The translations under genes were made by a program, and so were the position numbers. Positions 60,372 to 64,000 of a DNA stretch of 64,000 bases are shown one piece after another. The notes under the pieces are model-generated. The model did not search any database and was not told the origin of the DNA. It worked only from the letters and a program-made list of their open reading frames with translations. The DNA comes from an uncultured bacterium. Lineage in GTDB: Bacteria; Krumholzibacteriota; Krumholzibacteriia; Krumholzibacteriales; Krumholzibacteriaceae. The stretch is taken from NCBI GenBank assembly GCA_963747385.1, contig CAVVEY010000019.1, forward strand, positions 69,048 to 133,047, in the 5' to 3' direction. Positions within the stretch are counted from its first letter, which is position 1. Each line of letters begins with the position of its first letter.

Positions 60372-61277
60372 TTACGAAAGAGGAATCTGCTCGAGCTCGA
60401 GATAGACGCCGCTCTTCTCGAAGACTCTGGCTCGAATCGCGGAGACGAGCGCCATGATGTCGCGCGCCTTCGCATGGCCGCGGTTCACGATGAAATTTGC
60501 GTGGAGTCCGCTCACCTCCGCGTCTCCGACGCGCATCCCCTTGCAGCCGGCCTCCTCGATGAGGCGTCCGGCATAATCTCCGCGCGGTCTCCTGAACACG
60601 CTTCCGGCGCTCGGAAGATCGAGCGGATACTTGCCCTCACGGTCCTTGAGGAACGAATCCACCATCCTGACGCTCGCGGCGGCGTTGCCGCGTCCGAGCC
60701 TGAATTCGGCGCCGAGAATAAACCAGTCCGTTCCGAGAAAGATGCTCCGGCGATACCCGAACGAGCATTCCGCCGCCGCAAACGTCCGCCTCCGCCCCGT
60801 CGAGGTCAGCACCTCGACGCGGCTCAAAAACTCCGCCGTCTCGGTGTCGCGCGTGCCCGCGTTCATGACGACCGCCCCGCCGACCGTTCCCGGAATGCCC
60901 GCGAGCGGCTCGAGACCGGAGAGCCCGCGAGCCGACGCCGCCCGCACGAGATCGAGAAGCGGCACGCCGGCATCGGCCCTTACCCTGCCGCCGCCGAGAT
61001 ACAATATCCGTGCCGACGCGGCCGCCGTTCTCAGCACGACTCCGTCGATTCCCTCGTCAGGCGCAATGACGTTCGAGCCCGCGCCGATAACGACGAGCGG
61101 AACGCCCTCGCCCTTCACGAAGGAGTACACGCGGGCGGCATCGTCGGCATCCCGCGGGATTACGAGAAGCTCGGCTTTGCCGCCGACATGATACGTCGTA
61201 TGACGCGCCAGGGGTTCTCCCGGAAGGACCTTCCCCGACACGTTCTTTCGAATCTTCTGAATGAGTTTCCTGTCCAT
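60372..61277 (-). CDS. murB: UDP-N-acetylenolpyruvoylglucosamine reductase
   Basis: FAD-binding GGGSNV-like region (VIGAGSNV) and a MurB C-terminal domain. 301 aa. Confidence 0.9.
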   Translation of the reverse strand: MDRKLIQKIRKNVSGKVLPGEPLARHTTYHVGGKAELLVIPRDADDAARVYSFVKGEGVPLVVIGAGSNVIAPDEGIDGVVLRTAAASARILYLGGGRVRADAGVPLLDLVRAASARGLSGLEPLAGIPGTVGGAVVMNAGTRDTETAEFLSRVEVLTSTGRRRTFAAAECSFGYRRSIFLGTDWFILGAEFRLGRGNAAASVRMVDSFLKDREGKYPLDLPSAGSVFRRPRGDYAGRLIEEAGCKGMRVGDAEVSGLHANFIVNRGHAKARDIMALVSAIRARVFEKSGVYLELEQIPLS

Positions 61278-61434
61278 TTCGTTGCGACAGTATACGTATT
61301 TTCAACACACAATGCAATATCCGGAATGAGCCCGGGGAACCGCTCCTCGATGCGCTCACTCCCGAATAGTATTGTCATGGCATGCGATTTGCGATATTTT
61401 CGACTCCCGTCCCGAAAGGAAAGGATCGAATGCG

Positions 61435-62609
61435 ATGATCAAGGAGAAGATCGAACAGGCACACGGAATTCTCGAGGAAGAGGGAATCGATCTCTGGCTC
61501 ACCTTCGTGCGGGAAAGCGAGGTCACGGGCGATCCCTCGCTCGATCTCATTCTCGGCGCGAACTGCACGTGGCATTCGGCGTTCATGATCCCCGCCGAGG
61601 GAAGGGCCGTGGCGATCGTCGGGAGCCTCGACGAGACGAGAATACGCGAAACCGGCGGATACGAGGTCATCGGCTATACGAAATCGATCAAGGAGCCGCT
61701 CCTCGAGCAGCTCGCCCGATTCTCCCCCCGCTCGATCGCCGTCAACTATTCGGAAAACACATGCCTCGCCGACGGCCTGAGCCACGGCCTGTACCTCAGC
61801 CTCGTGAGGTACCTCGAAGGGACGCCCTTCGCGAACCGGCTCGTCGAGCTCCGAGAATATCGTCTCCAAGCTTCGCGGCCGGAAGAGCTCCGAGGAGGTC
61901 CGGCGTATCCGCGCCGCGGTCGAGCTCACCGAGGAGATATTCGCGAAGGTGTCCGGGATCATGAAGCCGGGGCTCACCGAAAAGGACGTCGCCGCCTATC
62001 ATACTGAAAGAGGTGGACCGCCGCGGCGTCGAAACAGCCTGGGAGCGCGAGCTCTGCCCCTCCGTGTTCACGGGCCCCGAGTCGGCCGGCGCGCACGCGG
62101 GCCCGACCGACCGCGCGATCGAGAAGGGGCACGTCCTCAACATCGATTTCGGCGTCAAGGTCGAGCAATACGTCTCCGACCTCCAGCGCACGTGGTATTT
62201 CCTCAAGACGGGCGAGAAGAAGGCTCCGGCCGAAGTGCTCAAGGCCTTCGAGACGATCCGTGATTCCATCGCGCTCGCCGCGGAGAAGATCAGGCCCGGC
62301 ATGGAAGGAGTGGCGATCGACACGCTCGCCCGCACATACATTACGGACAGGGGATACCCGGAGTTCCCCCACGCCCTCGGCCATCAGGTCGGCCGCCATG
62401 CCCACGACGGGGCCGGCCTTCTCTGCCCCGAATGGGAACGATACGGCAACCTTCCGCATCTCAAGATCGAGGAAGGCCAGGTCTACACCATCGAGCCGCG
62501 CATCGTCATTCCCGGCTATGGCGTCGCGACGATGGAAGAGATCGTCGTCGTTCGTTCGAACGGGGGCGAATTCCTCTCCCATCCGCAGCGGGAGATCTAT
62601 CTCGTATGA
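61435..62609 (+). CDS. M24-family metallopeptidase (Xaa-Pro aminopeptidase/dipeptidase-like), two frameshifts (near 61860 and 61995)
   Basis: Creatinase-like N-domain (ORF 61372..62007, Met 61435). Linker in ORF 61949..62263 frame. Catalytic pita-bread domain in ORF 62013..62609 (HALGHQVG, EEGQVYTIEP). Confidence 0.65.
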
Positions 62610-64000
62610 GGCTGAAGCTGTCTCTCTCGAAGCTCGGAATCGTCGCGTTCGTCGTCGCGGTGGGCGCCCTTATCGGCACCCAGATCGCCCACCCCGCGAA
62701 GCGCACGCTCGAGGCGATCGGCGGATTCATCCTCGCCTATCTCATCTGGAACTTTTCGACGCTGAGCGCGCTCTGGCTCATTCTCATCATCTATCCCTTT
62801 CCATTCGCCATCTCGGCCGGCAACTCGACGTTCATCTTCGTGGTCATCGTTTTCATCATCTACCTCATCAGGGTTTCGGCGCACACGGCCACGCTGCGCT
62901 TCGACAAGCGGTTCAACCTTCCCGTCGCCCTCATGGTGCTGTCGTACGTCATATCCTACTACAATTTCCAGGGGAGCCCGGAAACCATCCGATTCGGCCT
63001 TGTTCATACAATCAACTTCTTCGCGTCGATCCTCCTTTTCTACCTGATTATCAACCTCGTGAACGACGAGCGAAAGCTCCGCACGGCCGTCAGGATCTCG
63101 ATGATAACGGCCGCCCTCGTCATGCTCTTCACGATCCTCGAACTATTGTTTCCCGGGCGCAAGCTCATCCCGGGATGGCTCTACACGGAGCACAAGGCGC
63201 AGCTCGTCATGAAGGGGATCCGGATGGGAGGGCCGTTCAAGGATTACGAGCTGAACGCCGAATTCTTCGCGATGAACGCCCCCATTCTCCTCCTCCTGGC
63301 CGCTCGCGCCCGCAGGCTCCTCACGCGAACTCTCTTCGTCTTCCTTCTCATCGCCGACATCGCGATGCTTTTCACGACGATAACCCGCGGGGCTTTCATG
63401 AGCCTCGCGATCGGCATGGTCTATCTGGCCTACACGAGCCGTCGCGATCTCAACTTCGTGCGGCTGGTCATGATCGGCGGAGCGCTCGTCGGGCTCGTGT
63501 TCGTGATCGACACGCTCGTCGCGCAGTACACCGTATCGGGCTCTCTTTTCGGCAGGATGCTCACGACGACGTTTGAAAAGGGGATTGTGCCGGAGAACCG
63601 GGTGATCGCCTGGGGAGGCGCCGTCACCCGGGGCTTCGAGCATCCGTTTATCGGCCATGGACCGGGCTGGGACTTCTCGAAGGGTATCGATGTGGGGCTC
63701 TGGCCTCACAACGCCTACCTGTTCTACTTCAACATTACCGGACTCTTCGGGCTCACCGCTTTCGTCTTCCTTCTCGTGAGGCTTTTCAGGGCCTCGTTGG
63801 CGGCTTACAGCAGCTCTCTCGTGCGCAGCCCGTTCCCCGAGGCCCTCATGAAGGTGCTCCACGTCTCGCTCGTTATCTTCATCATCGATCAGATCAAGAT
63901 CGACTACCTGCGAAACAACATCTATATGTATTTTGTGTGGCTCTTCTTCGGCTTGATCGCCGCGACGCGGAACGTCATCGCGGGCGGAGTCAGGAACCGA
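62606..64000 (+). CDS. O-antigen ligase/polymerase-family (Wzy_C) membrane protein, C-terminus beyond the window end
   Basis: Manual translation from ATG 62606 gives MRLKLSLSKLGIVAFVVAVGALIG...HPFIGHGPGWDF...GLWPHNAYLFYF (Wzy_C motif), with no stop to position 64000. Absent from the ORF track because it is open at the edge. Confidence 0.65.
   Translation, partial: MRLKLSLSKLGIVAFVVAVGALIGTQIAHPAKRTLEAIGGFILAYLIWNFSTLSALWLILIIYPFPFAISAGNSTFIFVVIVFIIYLIRVSAHTATLRFDKRFNLPVALMVLSYVISYYNFQGSPETIRFGLVHTINFFASILLFYLIINLVNDERKLRTAVRISMITAALVMLFTILELLFPGRKLIPGWLYTEHKAQLVMKGIRMGGPFKDYELNAEFFAMNAPILLLLAARARRLLTRTLFVFLLIADIAMLFTTITRGAFMSLAIGMVYLAYTSRRDLNFVRLVMIGGALVGLVFVIDTLVAQYTVSGSLFGRMLTTTFEKGIVPENRVIAWGGAVTRGFEHPFIGHGPGWDFSKGIDVGLWPHNAYLFYFNITGLFGLTAFVFLLVRLFRASLAAYSSSLVRSPFPEALMKVLHVSLVIFIIDQIKIDYLRNNIYMYFVWLFFGLIAATRNVIAGGVRNR

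Noticed and set aside
59465-60475. N-terminal 48 codons of the NRPS C-domain ORF overlapping murB 3' end
   Set aside because: MRRRATSWRSSPRFEPESSRRAASISSSS... is junk read-through. The C domain starts at MRSIIDSYPLSPLQEGMLF (~60331).
60270-61964. 564-aa plus-strand ORF
   Set aside because: Antisense to murB, and in the wrong frame over the real M24 peptidase N-domain (correct frame is ORF 61372..62007 from Met 61435).

Overview
High-GC (about 65-67%) bacterial chromosomal segment. The first ~43.7 kb is almost entirely transcribed leftward (minus strand); the last ~20 kb is mixed. Core content on the minus strand, in order: a capsule/LPS-type sugar cluster (2x GT4, gmhA, Wza-like exporter), then alaS-recX-recA, FadL, and an accessory stretch (isochorismatase-family hydrolase, OMP, MazEF-like toxin-antitoxin, cupin, half-size TauE, DUF302, ICMT-like methyltransferase). 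Then thpR(ligT)-cinA, a lower-GC islet (secreted protein, pgpA, lipoprotein), mglB-mglA, recR-ybaB-dnaX, a long-form SRP RNA, and tRNA-Ala(CGC) plus two tandem tRNA-Ser. These are followed by tadA, a type IV minor-pilin operon (GspH/FimT-like, PilV, a 1051-aa prepilin-type giant protein, PilX), and a porG-[GltD-like::ferredoxin fusion]-porA-porB pyruvate:ferredoxin oxidoreductase operon. Next come tRNA-Arg and two more tRNA-Ser, a metallopeptidase, iscS-mnmA, a cyclophilin, and a four-gene envelope block (2 TPR proteins, a beta-barrel-like protein, a lipoprotein). The last ~20 kb is a glycan-modification region: a PseB-like dehydratase, GT2, two paralogous very large polytopic (GT-C-like) membrane proteins, an FdtA-like ketoisomerase, a B12-radical SAM protein, an SDR epimerase, a SAM methyltransferase, a Wzx flippase, an Sfp-type PPTase next to a heavily fragmented single-module NRPS (C-A-T-TE), murB, an M24 peptidase and an O-antigen-ligase-like gene running off the window. 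No CRISPR array, transposase or integrase was seen. The assembly carries many frameshifts, including in essential alaS, so most 'pseudogenes' may be indel errors. The NRPS has a much higher density of frame breaks than anything else. The ORF track omits ORFs that run off the window edges (GT4 at the left end, O-antigen ligase at the right end).
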